Notes under the pieces: generated by a model
Database searches by the model: none
What the model was told of the DNA's origin: nothing
The model's input: the letters and a program-made list of their open reading frames with translations, nothing else
Made by a program: the position numbers and the translations under genes
Shown here: one piece after another, positions 21,416 through 32,239 of the stretch
Layout of the letters: each line of letters begins with the position of its first letter
How positions within the stretch are numbered: position 1 is the first letter of the stretch
Source of the DNA: Giardia intestinalis
Taxonomy: Eukaryota
Assembly: GCA_000002435.2 (NCBI GenBank)
Contig: CM018792.1
Direction: 5' to 3' (one strand)
DNA: 64,000 bases

Positions 21416-22576
21416 TCAGCACTCAGGATGTCGGATGATCGGGCCCTTCGGAAGACGATATTGTTCTGTAAACGCCACATCTTGTTTCAAATTCAAGGCA
21501 TCTTCTGTTCCGATCCACCCATAATCCCTAATAAACTCCGGGCTACACTTTTCTGATGTGGTACGTAAATTGCGGAAATAGAAGCCATCTTCACTGGTGT
21601 ACGGAAGATAGGGGATATGCAGAGAGTCTGCTATGCGCTTCCCAGCTACATCTGCAAGTGTTCTAGGAGAAAGTTCGCCATTCGAAGCTACAGTCTCAAG
21701 ATATGTTATCACTGTTACGCAGAAGGGATTGAAAAGCTTCCGTATAAGGACACGGAAGAGGCTCTTGCCCACATATTCAGTGTGTATCCATGAATAATAT
21801 TTAATGGAGATTGGCTGGACAGAGACTCCTAAGCGGAAAATAGATGTGTGAAAGCGGAGAAGACTCTTCCCAGTCGTCGTGGTGCCTTCGGGAAATATCA
21901 AAAGGGGTGTCCAAAGGTCGTTATCTTCTTCTTTCATGATCTTTGCACGGGCCTCTAATTGGCAAAAGCCGGACAGGGACTTAGTGTCACAACCGGGAGA
22001 GATAAGTTGGGTTACTTCTTCATGGGTATACTTAGCTATATCGCGACGAATTAAAATGGTGCGCGTGGCTGTCGCAATGGCCCTGATGGCCCAGAACCGG
22101 GTAGCGGCTTCTTTAGAAACATATGAGGTACTTTCTGCGCAATACATGCATGGTATGTCCATAAAGTCTGTATGATTAGCAACAATAGCGTGGCATTTAG
22201 CCTTTCCTTTTCGATTTCGTACTATTACACAATATCCCATAGTAAAGAGCATGAGACGAATTATGGGGGCTGTTATCAGCACAAGGAATGTTGCCCTAAC
22301 TCTATCGAATGGCCTGGTAGGATCTGTCCCCAAATTTAAGAAGAAGCATGCCAGTGCCAATAGCAGAAATAGCGGTATTATAATCATTATTCGCAAGAGA
22401 AGAACGAAGGGGGAAAGTGGTAGATAGCAAGGAAGCAGTAGATACTTAACGTACCACTTTTCTCCCATGGAGGTATAGTGCTTATTCTGAATAAAAGGAA
22501 GAACTGGTCGGTACTCCACCTCTCCGTCCATACTTGTTTCTGACCTATTTAGGTCTGGATTTATGAAGGACGCCAT
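21416..22576 (-). CDS. Lysophospholipid acyltransferase (LPLAT/AGPAT-type) membrane protein
   Basis: Acyltransferase motif I HX4D (IVANHTDFMD). Motif III FPEGT (LLIFPEGTTTTGKSLLRFH). N-terminal hydrophobic helices (LLPCYLPLSPFVLLLRIMIIIPLFLLLALACFFL). ATG at 22574-22576 with the AT-rich upstream aagataaaaATG. Confidence 0.65.
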   Translation of the reverse strand: MASFINPDLNRSETSMDGEVEYRPVLPFIQNKHYTSMGEKWYVKYLLLPCYLPLSPFVLLLRIMIIIPLFLLLALACFFLNLGTDPTRPFDRVRATFLVLITAPIIRLMLFTMGYCVIVRNRKGKAKCHAIVANHTDFMDIPCMYCAESTSYVSKEAATRFWAIRAIATATRTILIRRDIAKYTHEEVTQLISPGCDTKSLSGFCQLEARAKIMKEEDNDLWTPLLIFPEGTTTTGKSLLRFHTSIFRLGVSVQPISIKYYSWIHTEYVGKSLFRVLIRKLFNPFCVTVITYLETVASNGELSPRTLADVAGKRIADSLHIPYLPYTSEDGFYFRNLRTTSEKCSPEFIRDYGWIGTEDALNLKQDVAFTEQYRLPKGPIIRHPEC

Positions 22577-22831
22577 TTTTATCTTCTAGTCTTGTCTGCC
22601 AAGCTGTAGCCGACTACGCATACTTCGTAATGCGTAGACTATACCTCCTAAATAGCCTTGTCCACTACAGCTGATTCCGATGAACGGATCGTTGCTCCTG
22701 CCACACGGTGCCTTTCCCTATTGTGCACAGCATCCCATGAGCACAAGGCAACACTGAGTAGACGATACAACGGACGTTATCCCTAAGTTAGTGGCCATCA
22801 CCAGGATCCATTGATACATTCACTACCCGAG

Positions 22832-24735
22832 TCACGCCTTCCCCCTGCACAGGAACCACCAGCAGAGGAAGCCCACGAGGCCCCCCACGACGACGACCAC
22901 AGCGACGGAGATCCCCGCGATGGCCCCCGTGGAGAGCCCGCCCCTGTTGGCGCCAGAGGACACACAGGAGGCCCCAGCATCATCAGGGCTGTACCCATCG
23001 TTGCACACACAGACAGAGTTATCATCAGTGGAGTTGCTGGGACAGCCATCCACGCATGACTTCCTCCCAGGGCTCACCTTCCCACTACTACATGCCTCGC
23101 ACATGTCATCCCTGTTGGGCTTCTTACTACTGTCACAGGAGGTACAGACAGCGGGGGCCATACCACCATCAGACAGAGCTGCTGGGGCTGTACACTGGGA
23201 GCAGCCCTCTACCCCCACATATGCCTTAGCAGTATTACCAGTGCCTGTCAGTGTGCCTAGGGGTTACTACAAGCCAACACAGACTGATCAGTGTTGGATG
23301 CACCAGGCACTACGAAGTACCTATTGTTGGCTGCTTCTGTGCAGATCCCAGTATTACCTGCTGTCTTGCACATGAAGCTACCAGGAGCCTTCTGAGTGCT
23401 ATAACAGCCACCCATGTATAGGAAGTAGTTGTTGGTGCACTGTGTACATACACCATTAGCACAAGTATTCCCAGCCTTTTGAGCCTCACTAGCACAGAGA
23501 CCATCTATAGGAGCTTGTGAACTATCTCCACAATAGGAACAGTAGTGCTTTGTGGTGCCCTGATCATCTATTACGATGGCATCACAAGAGCCAGCTGTCC
23601 CCCCACAAGCCGTGGGGTCCTCGCAGGTCTTCTCTGTGCATGTATAGTTGTCTGAGGTTCCAGCGGGCTTCCTGTTAGGCTTGCACTTTGTGCACTTGAG
23701 AGGTCCTGTAGACTCCTTTGTGCACTCGGCACACCCATCGATGCCCCCCTGTGCATTATCACAAGCAACGCACTCACCAGTAGGACCATTGCCTTTCATG
23801 AAGAACCCAGGCTTGCATGTATCACACTTATCATTGCCAGTTTGAGTGCAGGTGGCACAGTTAGCACCTGGACAAGCGGTGCATGTAACCGTACCACTAC
23901 CACTACTGTAGTATCCATCGAGGCACTCCGAGCAGGTCGGCGGTGTCGCCGAGTCCTTGGTACACTTCTTACACCCGGCAATGCCCTGGTAATTTGGATC
24001 GGCTCCAGCTGAAACGGTACTGCATAAAACACATGTTTTGTCCTCCTTCATAAATAGGGCCTCGTCAGCGCCTTTACATCCAGCGTAGTCTTTTGTCACG
24101 CACGTCGAGGTCCCATCAAGGGCCGTCCTGGGGATCTTACTGTTATCACAAGCTGTGCACTTCGGCTTCTTGGTAGTCGAATCAACCTCACACTGGGTAC
24201 ATGCTTGATCTATCGTGTTGCAAGGAAGGCACTTCCCCGACTCCGGGTCAGCATAAGTGTTTCCAGTGCATCCATTATTATTCACGCATGACTTGTCAGT
24301 CTTCAGGTACTTCCCCTCTGGGCACGATGTACAATGATTCTGACCACTTCCATCGCAGGTCAGACAGGACGGATCACACTGCTTGCATTCGTTATTCTCT
24401 TTATAGTACCCTGCTTGGCACTCAGTGCACGTGGCAGGTCCTGGACTATTAGTTGGTTCCGTGCACTTGAGGCAGTTAGCCACCCCCGTATATCCATCTG
24501 CTCCCTTGGTATCCCAGCAGAGGATGCACTCCCTTCCCTTCTCTGATGGTGTAGCAGGGTTCTTGAACAGGCCGTTAGCTGTATTACACTCAGTGCACAC
24601 TCCATTACTGGCTGCTGTGCATATCTCACTGCCAGGGTGTGCATCCTTGTTGTAGCACCCGCCCATGAAGAGGAGTCTCATACTATCACTATCACCCCCA
24701 CACCACATAGCACTATCACTATCACTGTACAGCAT
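22832..24735 (-). pseudogene. VSP unit 0 (N-module A', middle X, C-terminal type 1), frameshifted by loss of one G in a G5 run
   Basis: At 23260-23263 the + strand reads cctaggggttactac (G4), whereas every other X-type unit reads cctagggggttactac (G5). This splits the unit into ORFs 23257..24735 and 22832..23218. Last unit of the array. Confidence 0.65.
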
Positions 24736-24740
24736 TCACT
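24734..24740 (-). promoter_or_regulatory. Giardia-type polyadenylation signal AGTGAAT (AGTRAAY) 6 nt after the unit-1 stop codon, overlapping the unit-0 ATG (AGTGAATG). The same motif recurs at every unit junction and after the last unit (22820..22826)
   Basis: + strand attcact (reverse complement AGTGAAT) at 24734-24740. The identical arrangement occurs at 26630-26636, 28551-28557, 30422-30428, 32226-32232, 34101-34107, 36015-36021, 37932-37938 and 39763-39769 (by periodicity). Consensus AGTPuAAPy is the known Giardia polyA signal. Confidence 0.55.
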
Positions 24741-24747
24741 ACCTAAG

Positions 24748-26631
24748 TCACGCCTTCCCCCTGCACAGGAACCACCAGCAGAGGAAGCCCACGAGGCCCC
24801 CCACGACAGCGACCACGGCGACGGCAATGCCCGCGATGGCCCCCGTGCTGAGGCCGCTCCTATTACTGCCAGAGGACACACAGGAGGCCCCAGCATCATC
24901 AGGGCTGTACCCATCGTTGCACACACAGACAGAGTTATCATCAGTGGAGTTGCTGGGACAGCCATCCACGCATGACTTCCTCCCAGGGCTCACCTTCCCA
25001 CTACTACATGCCTCGCACATGTCATCCCTGTTGGGCTTCTTACTACTGTCACAGGAGGTACAGACAGCGGGGGCCATACCACCATCAGACAGAGCTGCTG
25101 GGGCTGTACACTGGGAGCAGCCCTCTACCCCGACGTATGCCTTAGTATCTACTAGTGTGCCTAATGGGTTGCCACAGGCCAGGACAGACTGATCAGTGTT
25201 GGATGCACCAGGGACTACGAAGTACTTATTATTCTCATTGGCAGCTGTACACTTACCATCGGCTGCTGTCTTGCACATGAGGCTTCCTGGTTCTGTATCA
25301 TACTTATAACACCCACCCATGTACAAGAAGTAGTTGTTAGTGCATTGTGTACATACACCTTGATCACATTGATTATTTGCTTTAGCACTATTACACTTCC
25401 CATCTATAGGATACGTATTAGCTTCTCCACAGTATGAGCAATAATGATGCTCTACACCCTTATCATCAATCACTATTGCATCGCAGGCACCAGAGGTACC
25501 ACCACAAGCCGTGGGGTCTTCACATGTCTTCACACATGTATAGTCATCCCCCGCATCTCCATTGGATTGCTTCCTGTAGTTAGGCTTACATTCAGTGCAC
25601 TTGAACCCATTATTGTTAGAACATAGACTACAGCCTTCACGGCCACCATCTGTTGTACTGTCACAAGCAACGCACTCACCAGTAGAGCCGGGTTGTTTCA
25701 TGAAGAATCCAGGCTTGCATTTAGTGCACTTATCATTGCCAGCTTGAGTGCAGGTGGCACAGTTGGCACCACAGGCTTCACATGTAACCGTACCACCATT
25801 TCCACTATTGTAATATCCGTCGAGGCACTCCGAGCAGGTCGGCTTGGCTCCGTTCTTCTTACATGTTTTACACCCAGGCGTCCCTTTATTAGCTTCTAAA
25901 CTTTCACTATCATCACTACACAATATGCACTTGGTGCTACCATCATTTAGAAAGTGGGATCCGTCAACGTTACTTGTTGCGCACCCATTTGCATCGACAC
26001 AGGTTGTCGTGCCATCGATGGCCGTCTTCACCATCTTCTGACCACCGCAGTTAGTGCACTTCGGCTTCTTGGTAGTCGAATCAACCTCACACTGGGTACA
26101 TGCTTGATCTATCGTGTTGCAAGGAAGGCACTTCCCCGACTCCGGGTCAGCATAAGTGTTTCCAGTGCATCCATTATTATTCACGCATGACTTGTCAGTC
26201 TTCAGGTACTTCCCCTCTGGACACGATGTGCAATGATTCGGACCACTTCCATCGCAGGTCAGACAGGACTGATCACACTTCTCACATGCATCACCCTTCT
26301 TAATGTATCCATCTTGGCAGACAGTGCATGTGGCCGGTCCGCTAGTGCCCGTGTGGGAGCATTCTGAGCATCCAGCGACTCCCATGACCCCGTTTCTATC
26401 TATAGTATCGGAGCACAAGATGCACTCACTACCCTTCTCTGATGGTGTAACTGGGTTCTTGAACAGGCCGTTAGCTGTATTACAAGCAGTGCACAGTCCT
26501 CCCTCAGCCTTTGTGCATATCTCACTGCCAGGGTGTGCATCCTTGTTGTAGCACCCGCCCATGAAGAGGAGTCTCATACTATCACTATCACCCCCACACC
26601 ACATAGCACTATCACTATCACTGTACAGCAT
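24748..26631 (-). CDS. VSP unit 1 (N-module A, middle Y, C-terminal type 1); ATG start but no signal peptide
   Basis: 627-aa intact ORF with ATG at 26629-26631 (cat). Ends FLCWWFLCRGKA, stop at 24748-24750. Confidence 0.8.
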   Translation of the reverse strand: MLYSDSDSAMWCGGDSDSMRLLFMGGCYNKDAHPGSEICTKAEGGLCTACNTANGLFKNPVTPSEKGSECILCSDTIDRNGVMGVAGCSECSHTGTSGPATCTVCQDGYIKKGDACEKCDQSCLTCDGSGPNHCTSCPEGKYLKTDKSCVNNNGCTGNTYADPESGKCLPCNTIDQACTQCEVDSTTKKPKCTNCGGQKMVKTAIDGTTTCVDANGCATSNVDGSHFLNDGSTKCILCSDDSESLEANKGTPGCKTCKKNGAKPTCSECLDGYYNSGNGGTVTCEACGANCATCTQAGNDKCTKCKPGFFMKQPGSTGECVACDSTTDGGREGCSLCSNNNGFKCTECKPNYRKQSNGDAGDDYTCVKTCEDPTACGGTSGACDAIVIDDKGVEHHYCSYCGEANTYPIDGKCNSAKANNQCDQGVCTQCTNNYFLYMGGCYKYDTEPGSLMCKTAADGKCTAANENNKYFVVPGASNTDQSVLACGNPLGTLVDTKAYVGVEGCSQCTAPAALSDGGMAPAVCTSCDSSKKPNRDDMCEACSSGKVSPGRKSCVDGCPSNSTDDNSVCVCNDGYSPDDAGASCVSSGSNRSGLSTGAIAGIAVAVVAVVGGLVGFLCWWFLCRGKA

Positions 26632-26643
26632 TCACTACCTAAG

Positions 26644-28552
26644 TCACGCCTTCCCCCTGCACAGGAACCACCAGCAGAGGAAGCCCACGAGGCCCCCCAC
26701 GACAGCGACCACGGCGACGGCAATGCCCGCGATGGCCCCCGTGCGGAGGCCGCTCCTATTACTGCCAGAGGACACACAGGAGGCCCCAGCATCATCAGGG
26801 CTGTACCCATCGTTGCACACACAGACAGAGTTATCATCAGTGGAGTTGCTGGGACAGCCATCCACGCATGACTTCCTCCCAGGGCTCACCTTCCCACTAC
26901 TACATGCCTCGCACATGTCATCCCTGTTGCAGTGGGAGCATCCCTCAATAGCACATGCGAAGCACCCACTACCATCCCTGTTGGGCTTCTTACTACTGTC
27001 ACAGGAGGTACACACAGCAGCAGTCATGCCACCATCAGATGGAGCTGCTGGGGCTGTACATGCTGAGCAGCCATCCACCCCAACGTATGCCTTAGTATCT
27101 ACTAGTGTGCCTAATGGGTTACCACATGCCAATACAGACTGATTCTGATTGGTTGCCCCTGGGACTACGAAGTACTTATTATTGGCCGCCTCTGTGCATA
27201 TCCCATTGTTACCTGCGGTCTTGCACATGTAGTTGCCTGGTGGACTCTGAGTGCTATAACAGCCACCCATGTACAAGAAGTAGTTGTTAGTGCATTGTGT
27301 ACATACACCTTGATCACATTGATTATTTGCTTTAGCACTATTACACTTCCCATCTATAGGATACGTATTAGCTTCTCCACAGTATGAGCAATAATGATGC
27401 TCTACACCCTTATCATCAATCACTATGGCATCACAGGCACCAGAGGTACCACCACAAGCAGTGTCATCCTCACAGGTCTTCACACATGTATAGTCATCCC
27501 CCGCATCTCCATTGGATTGCTTCCTGTAGTTAGGCTTACATTCAGTGCACTTGAACCCATTATTGTTAGAACATAGACTACAGCCTTCACGGCCACCATC
27601 TGTTGTACTGTCACAAGCAACGCACTCACCAGTAGAGCCGGGTTGTTTCATGAAGAATCCAGGCTTGCATTTAGTGCACTTATCATTGCCAGCTTGAGTG
27701 CAGGTGGCACAGTTGGCACCACAGGCTTCACATGTAACCGTACCACCATTCCACTATGTAATATCCGTCGAGGCACTCCGAGCAGGTCGGCTTGGCTCCG
27801 TTCTTTACATGTTTACACCCGGCGTCCCTTTATTAGCTTCTAAACTTACTCATACAACACATGCTTGGTGCTCCATCATAGAATGGGATCCGTCACGTTA
27901 CTTGCGCAGCCTTTTGCATCGACACAGGTGTCGTGCCATCGATGGCCGTCTCACCATCTTCTGACCACCGCAGTGTGCACTTCGGCTTCTTGGTAGTCGA
28001 ATCAACCTCACACTGGGTACATGCTTGATCTATCGTGTTGCAAGGAAGGCACTTCCCCGACTCCGGGTCAGCATAAGTGTTTCCAGTGCATCCATTATTA
28101 TTCACGCATGACTTGTCAGTCTTCAGGTACTTCCCCTCTGGACACGATGTGCAATGATTCGGACCACTTCCATCGCAGGTCAGACAGGACTGATCACACT
28201 TCTCACATGCATCACCCTTCTTAATGTATCCATCTTGGCAGACAGTGCATGTGGCCGGTCCGCTAGTGCCCGTGTGGGAGCATTCTGAGCATCCAGCGAC
28301 TCCCATGACCCCGTTTCTATCTATAGTATCGGAGCACAAGATGCACTCACTACCCTTCTCTGATGGTGTAACTGGGTTCTTGAACAGGCCGTTAGCTGTA
28401 TTACAAGCAGTGCACAGTCCTCCCTCAGCCTTTGTGCATATCTCACTGCCAGGGTGTGCATCCTTGTTGTAGCACCCGCCCATGAAGAGGAGTCTCATAC
28501 TATCACTATCACCCCCACACCACATAGCACTATCACTATCACTGTACAGCAT
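26644..28552 (-). pseudogene. VSP unit 2, decayed. The N-module A piece (27893..28552) and the middle-Y/C-terminal piece (26644..27651) are separated by a ~250-bp zone with at least 6 small deletions relative to unit 1
   Basis: Alignment of 27740..27960 with 25790..26060 shows multiple 1-3 nt deletions (e.g. accaccatttccactattgtaatatcc vs accaccattccactatgtaatatcc). Also an 18-aa insertion (GSGCFACAIEGCSHCNRD) in the C-terminal module. Confidence 0.7.
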
Positions 28553-28564
28553 TCACTACCTAAG

Positions 28565-30358
28565 TCACGCCTTCCCCCTGCACAGGAACCACCAGCAGAG
28601 GAAGCCCACGAGGCCCCCCACGACAGCGACCACGGCGACGGCAATGCCCGCGATGGCCCCCGTGCGGAGGCCGCTCCTATTACTGCCAGAGGACACACAG
28701 GAGGCCCCAGCATCATCAGGGCTGTACCCATCGTTGCACACACAGACAGAGTTATCATCAGTGGAGTTGCTGGGACAGCCATCCACGCATGACTTCCTCC
28801 CAGGGCTCACCTTCCCACTACTACATGCCTCGCACATGTCATCCCTGTTGGGCTTCTTACTACTGTCACAGGAGGTACAGACAGCGGGGGCCATACCACC
28901 ATCAGACAGAGCTGCTGGGGCTGTACACTGGGAGCAGCCCTCTACCCCCACATATGCCTTAGCAGTATTACCAGTGCCTGTCAGTGTGCCTAGGGGGTTA
29001 CTACAAGCCAACACAGACTGATCAGTGTTGGATGCACCAGGCACTACGAAGTACCTATTGTTGGCTGCTTCTGTGCAGATCCCAGTATTACCTGCTGTCT
29101 TGCACATGAAGCTACCAGGAGCCTTCTGAGTGCTATAACAGCCACCCATGTATAGGAAGTAGTTGTTGGTGCACTGTGTACATACACCATTAGCACAAGT
29201 ATTCCCAGCCTTTTGAGCCTCACTAGCACAGAGACCATCTATAGGAGCTTGTGAACTATCTCCACAATAGGAACAGTAGTGCTTTGTGGTGCCCTGATCA
29301 TCTATTACGATGGCATCACAAGAGCCAGCTGTCCCCCCACAAGCCGTGGGGTCCTCGCAGGTCTTCTCTGTGCATGTATAGTTGTCTGAGGTTCCAGCGG
29401 GCTTCCTGTTAGGCTTGCACTTTGTGCACTTGAGAGGTCCTGTAGACTCCTTTGTGCACTCGGCACACCCATCGATGCCCCCCTGTGCATTATCACAAGC
29501 AACGCACTCACCAGTAGGACCATTGCCTTTCATGAAGAACCCAGGCTTGCATGTATCACACTTATCATTGCCAGTTTGAGTGCAGGTGGCACAGTTAGCA
29601 CCTGGACAAGCGGTGCATGTAACCGTACCACTACCACTACTGTAGTATCCATCGAGGCACTCCGAGCAGGTCGGCGGTGTCGCCGAGTCCTTGGTACACT
29701 TCTTACACCCGGCAATGCCCTGGTCATTTGGATCGGCTCCAGCTGAAACGGTACTGCATAAAACACATGTTTTGTCCTCCTTCATAAATAGGGCCTCGTC
29801 AGCGCCTTTACATCCAGCGTAGTCTTTTGTCACGCACGTCGAGGTCCCATCAAGGGCCGTCCTGGGGATCTTACTGTTATCACAAGCTGTGCACTTCGGC
29901 TTCTTGGTAGTCGAATCAACCTCACACTGGGTACATGCTTGATCTATCGTGTTGCAAGGAAGGCACTTCCCCGACTCCGGGTCAGCATAAGTGTTTCCAG
30001 TGCATCCATTATTATTCACGCATGCATTATCCTTCAGGAACGTATTTCCCTTACAAGAGGTACACTGGGTCGCCGACGTCTCACAGGTCAGGCAAGAGTC
30101 GTTGCACTTCTCACATGCCCCGTTACTATTTAGAAAGTATCCCTCTGTGCAGGTATCACATGTAGCTGCTCCTGCATTCTGTGGTGCCGTACATGTGGCG
30201 CAGTTCTCCACTCCCTTTGTCGCGCCATCTCCCACCGTGTCCCAGCACAGGATGCACTCCCTTCCCTTCTCTGGTGTTGCAGCCGGGTTCTGGAATATGT
30301 ACTGGTTATCTACCTTACAAGCAGTGCACACTCCACTACTGACCTTTGTGCATATCAC
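28565..30358 (-). CDS. VSP unit 3 (N-module B, middle X, C-terminal type 1). No ATG-initiated ORF: the junction ATG at 30421-30423 gives MLYNV* and an expanded TATCAC repeat
   Basis: 597-aa ORF from GTG: ICTKVSSGVCTACKVDNQ...; ends FLCRGKA. Confidence 0.75.
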   Translation of the reverse strand: MICTKVSSGVCTACKVDNQYIFQNPAATPEKGRECILCWDTVGDGATKGVENCATCTAPQNAGAATCDTCTEGYFLNSNGACEKCNDSCLTCETSATQCTSCKGNTFLKDNACVNNNGCTGNTYADPESGKCLPCNTIDQACTQCEVDSTTKKPKCTACDNSKIPRTALDGTSTCVTKDYAGCKGADEALFMKEDKTCVLCSTVSAGADPNDQGIAGCKKCTKDSATPPTCSECLDGYYSSGSGTVTCTACPGANCATCTQTGNDKCDTCKPGFFMKGNGPTGECVACDNAQGGIDGCAECTKESTGPLKCTKCKPNRKPAGTSDNYTCTEKTCEDPTACGGTAGSCDAIVIDDQGTTKHYCSYCGDSSQAPIDGLCASEAQKAGNTCANGVCTQCTNNYFLYMGGCYSTQKAPGSFMCKTAGNTGICTEAANNRYFVVPGASNTDQSVLACSNPLGTLTGTGNTAKAYVGVEGCSQCTAPAALSDGGMAPAVCTSCDSSKKPNRDDMCEACSSGKVSPGRKSCVDGCPSNSTDDNSVCVCNDGYSPDDAGASCVSSGSNRSGLRTGAIAGIAVAVVAVVGGLVGFLCWWFLCRGKA

Positions 30359-30420
30359 ACTCCACTATCACCCTATCACCCTCTATCACCCACTATCACC
30401 CATTATCACACATTGTACAG
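30352..30420. repeat. Variable-copy microrepeat (core TATCAC on the + strand, GTGATA on the coding strand) at unit junctions. About 5 copies at this junction versus 2 at 32164..32239 and 39701..39776. The same core forms the MLYSDSDSAMWCGGDSDS N-terminal codons of the A-type units
   Basis: 30356..30410: ccactatcac cctatcac cctctatcac ccactatcac ccattatcac a. The A-type junction (e.g. 24681..24732) reads catactatcactatcacccccacaccacatagcactatcactatcactgtacag. Confidence 0.7.
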
Positions 30421-30435
30421 CATTCACTACCTAAG

Positions 30436-32163
30436 TCACGCCTTCCCTCTACACACGAACCACCAGCAGAGGAACCCTATGAGACCCCCCACGACGACGA
30501 CCACAGCGACGGAGATCCCCGCGATGGCCCCCGTGGAGAGCCCGCCCCTGTTGGCGCCAGAGGACACACACTTACCACCCTCTAGACTGTATCCATCAAC
30601 ACACTCCCCACATATATTATCCATCACACAGCTCTTGCAGTTGGTGTCAGAGCATGTCACACACCCAGTGCCATCCTTGTTGGGCACCTTACTATTGTCA
30701 CAGGAGGTACACACAGCAGCAGTCATGCCAGCTGTTGTTAGAGCTGCTGGGGCTGTACACTGGGAGCAGCCCTCTACCCCCACATATGCCTTAGCAGTAT
30801 TACCAGTGCCTGTCAGTGTGCCAAGGGGGTTACTACAAGCCAACACAGACTGATCAGTGTTGGATGCACCAGGCACTACGAAGTACCTATTGTTGGCTGC
30901 TTCTGTGCAGATCCCAGTATTACCTGCTGTCTTGCACATGAAGCTACCAGGAGCCTTCTGAGTGCTATAACAGCCACCCATGTATAGGAAGTAGTTGTTG
31001 GTGCACTGTGTACATACACCATTAGCACAAGTATTCCCAGCCTTTTGAGCCTCACTAGCACAGAGACCATCTATAGGAGCTTGTGAACTATCTCCACAAT
31101 AGGAACAGTAGTGCTTTGTGGTGCCCTGATCATCTATTACGATGGCATCACAAGAGCCAGCTGTCCCCCCACAAGCCGTGGGGTCCTCGCAGGTCTTCTC
31201 TGTGCATGTATAGTTGTCTGAGGTTCCAGCGGGCTTCCTGTTAGGCTTGCACTTTGTGCACTTGAGAGGTCCTGTAGACTCCTTTGTGCACTCGGCACAC
31301 CCATCGATGCCCCCCTGTGCATTATCACAAGCAACGCACTCACCAGTAGGACCATTGCCTTTCATGAAGAACCCAGGCTTGCATGTATCACACTTATCAT
31401 TGCCAGTTTGAGTGCAGGTGGCACAGTTAGCACCTGGACAAGCGGTGCATGTAACCGTACCACTACCACTACTGTAGTATCCATCGAGGCACTCCGAGCA
31501 GGTCGGCGGTGTCGCCGAGTCCTTGGTACACTTCTTACACCCGGCAATGCCCTGGTAATTTGGATCGGCTCCAGCTGAAACGGTACTGCATAAAACACAT
31601 GTTTTGTCCTCCTTCATAAATAGGGCCTCGTCAGCGCCTTTACATCCAGCGTAGTCTTTTGTCACGCACGTCGAGGTCCCATCAAGGGCCGTCCTGGGGA
31701 TCTTACTGTTATCACAAGCTGTGCACTTCGGCTTCTTGGTAGTCGAATCAACCTCACACTGGGTACATGCTTGATCTATCGTGTTGCAAGGAAGGCACTT
31801 CCCCGACTCCGGGTCAGCATAAGTGTTTCCAGTGCATCCATTATTATTCACGCATGCATTATCCTTCAGGAACGTATTTCCCTTACAAGAGGTACACTGG
31901 GTCGCCGACGTCTCACAGGTCAGGCAAGAGTCGTTGCACTTCTCACATGCCCCGTTACTATTTAGAAAGTATCCCTCTGTGCAGGTATCACATGTAGCTG
32001 CTCCTGCATTCTGTGGTGCCGTACATGTGGCGCAGTTCTCCACTCCCTTTGTCGCGCCATCTCCCACCGTGTCCCAGCACAGGATGCACTCCCTTCCCTT
32101 CTCTGGTGTTGCAGCCGGGTTCTGGAATATGTACTGGTTATCTACCTTACAAGCAGTGCACAC
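30436..32163 (-). CDS. VSP unit 4 (N-module B, middle X, C-terminal type 2, ending FVCRGKA). No ATG-initiated ORF: the junction ATG gives MLYNV*
   Basis: ORF opens at GTG: (V)CTACKVDNQYIFQNPAATPEKGRECILCWDT... A 76-nt junction (32164..32239) separates it from unit 5. Confidence 0.75.
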   Translation of the reverse strand: MCTACKVDNQYIFQNPAATPEKGRECILCWDTVGDGATKGVENCATCTAPQNAGAATCDTCTEGYFLNSNGACEKCNDSCLTCETSATQCTSCKGNTFLKDNACVNNNGCTGNTYADPESGKCLPCNTIDQACTQCEVDSTTKKPKCTACDNSKIPRTALDGTSTCVTKDYAGCKGADEALFMKEDKTCVLCSTVSAGADPNYQGIAGCKKCTKDSATPPTCSECLDGYYSSGSGTVTCTACPGANCATCTQTGNDKCDTCKPGFFMKGNGPTGECVACDNAQGGIDGCAECTKESTGPLKCTKCKPNRKPAGTSDNYTCTEKTCEDPTACGGTAGSCDAIVIDDQGTTKHYCSYCGDSSQAPIDGLCASEAQKAGNTCANGVCTQCTNNYFLYMGGCYSTQKAPGSFMCKTAGNTGICTEAANNRYFVVPGASNTDQSVLACSNPLGTLTGTGNTAKAYVGVEGCSQCTAPAALTTAGMTAAVCTSCDNSKVPNKDGTGCVTCSDTNCKSCVMDNICGECVDGYSLEGGKCVSSGANRGGLSTGAIAGISVAVVVVVGGLIGFLCWWFVCRGKA

Positions 32164-32239
32164 TCCACTACTGGCCTGTGTGCATATCTCACTCCACTAT
32201 CACCCATTATCACACATTGTACAGCATTCACTACCTAAG

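Noticed and set aside
21196-21438. 80-aa hydrophobic ORF in the convergent gap between the 2203-aa gene and the acyltransferase
   Set aside because: It overlaps the acyltransferase 3' end and cannot be told from chance. It could be a micro-TM protein, but there is no support.
30352-30420. Short direct repeats with spacers, considered as a CRISPR-like array
   Set aside because: The repeats are 6-9 nt, contiguous, and sit inside a eukaryotic gene array. There are no spacers or cas genes, and the organism is a eukaryote.
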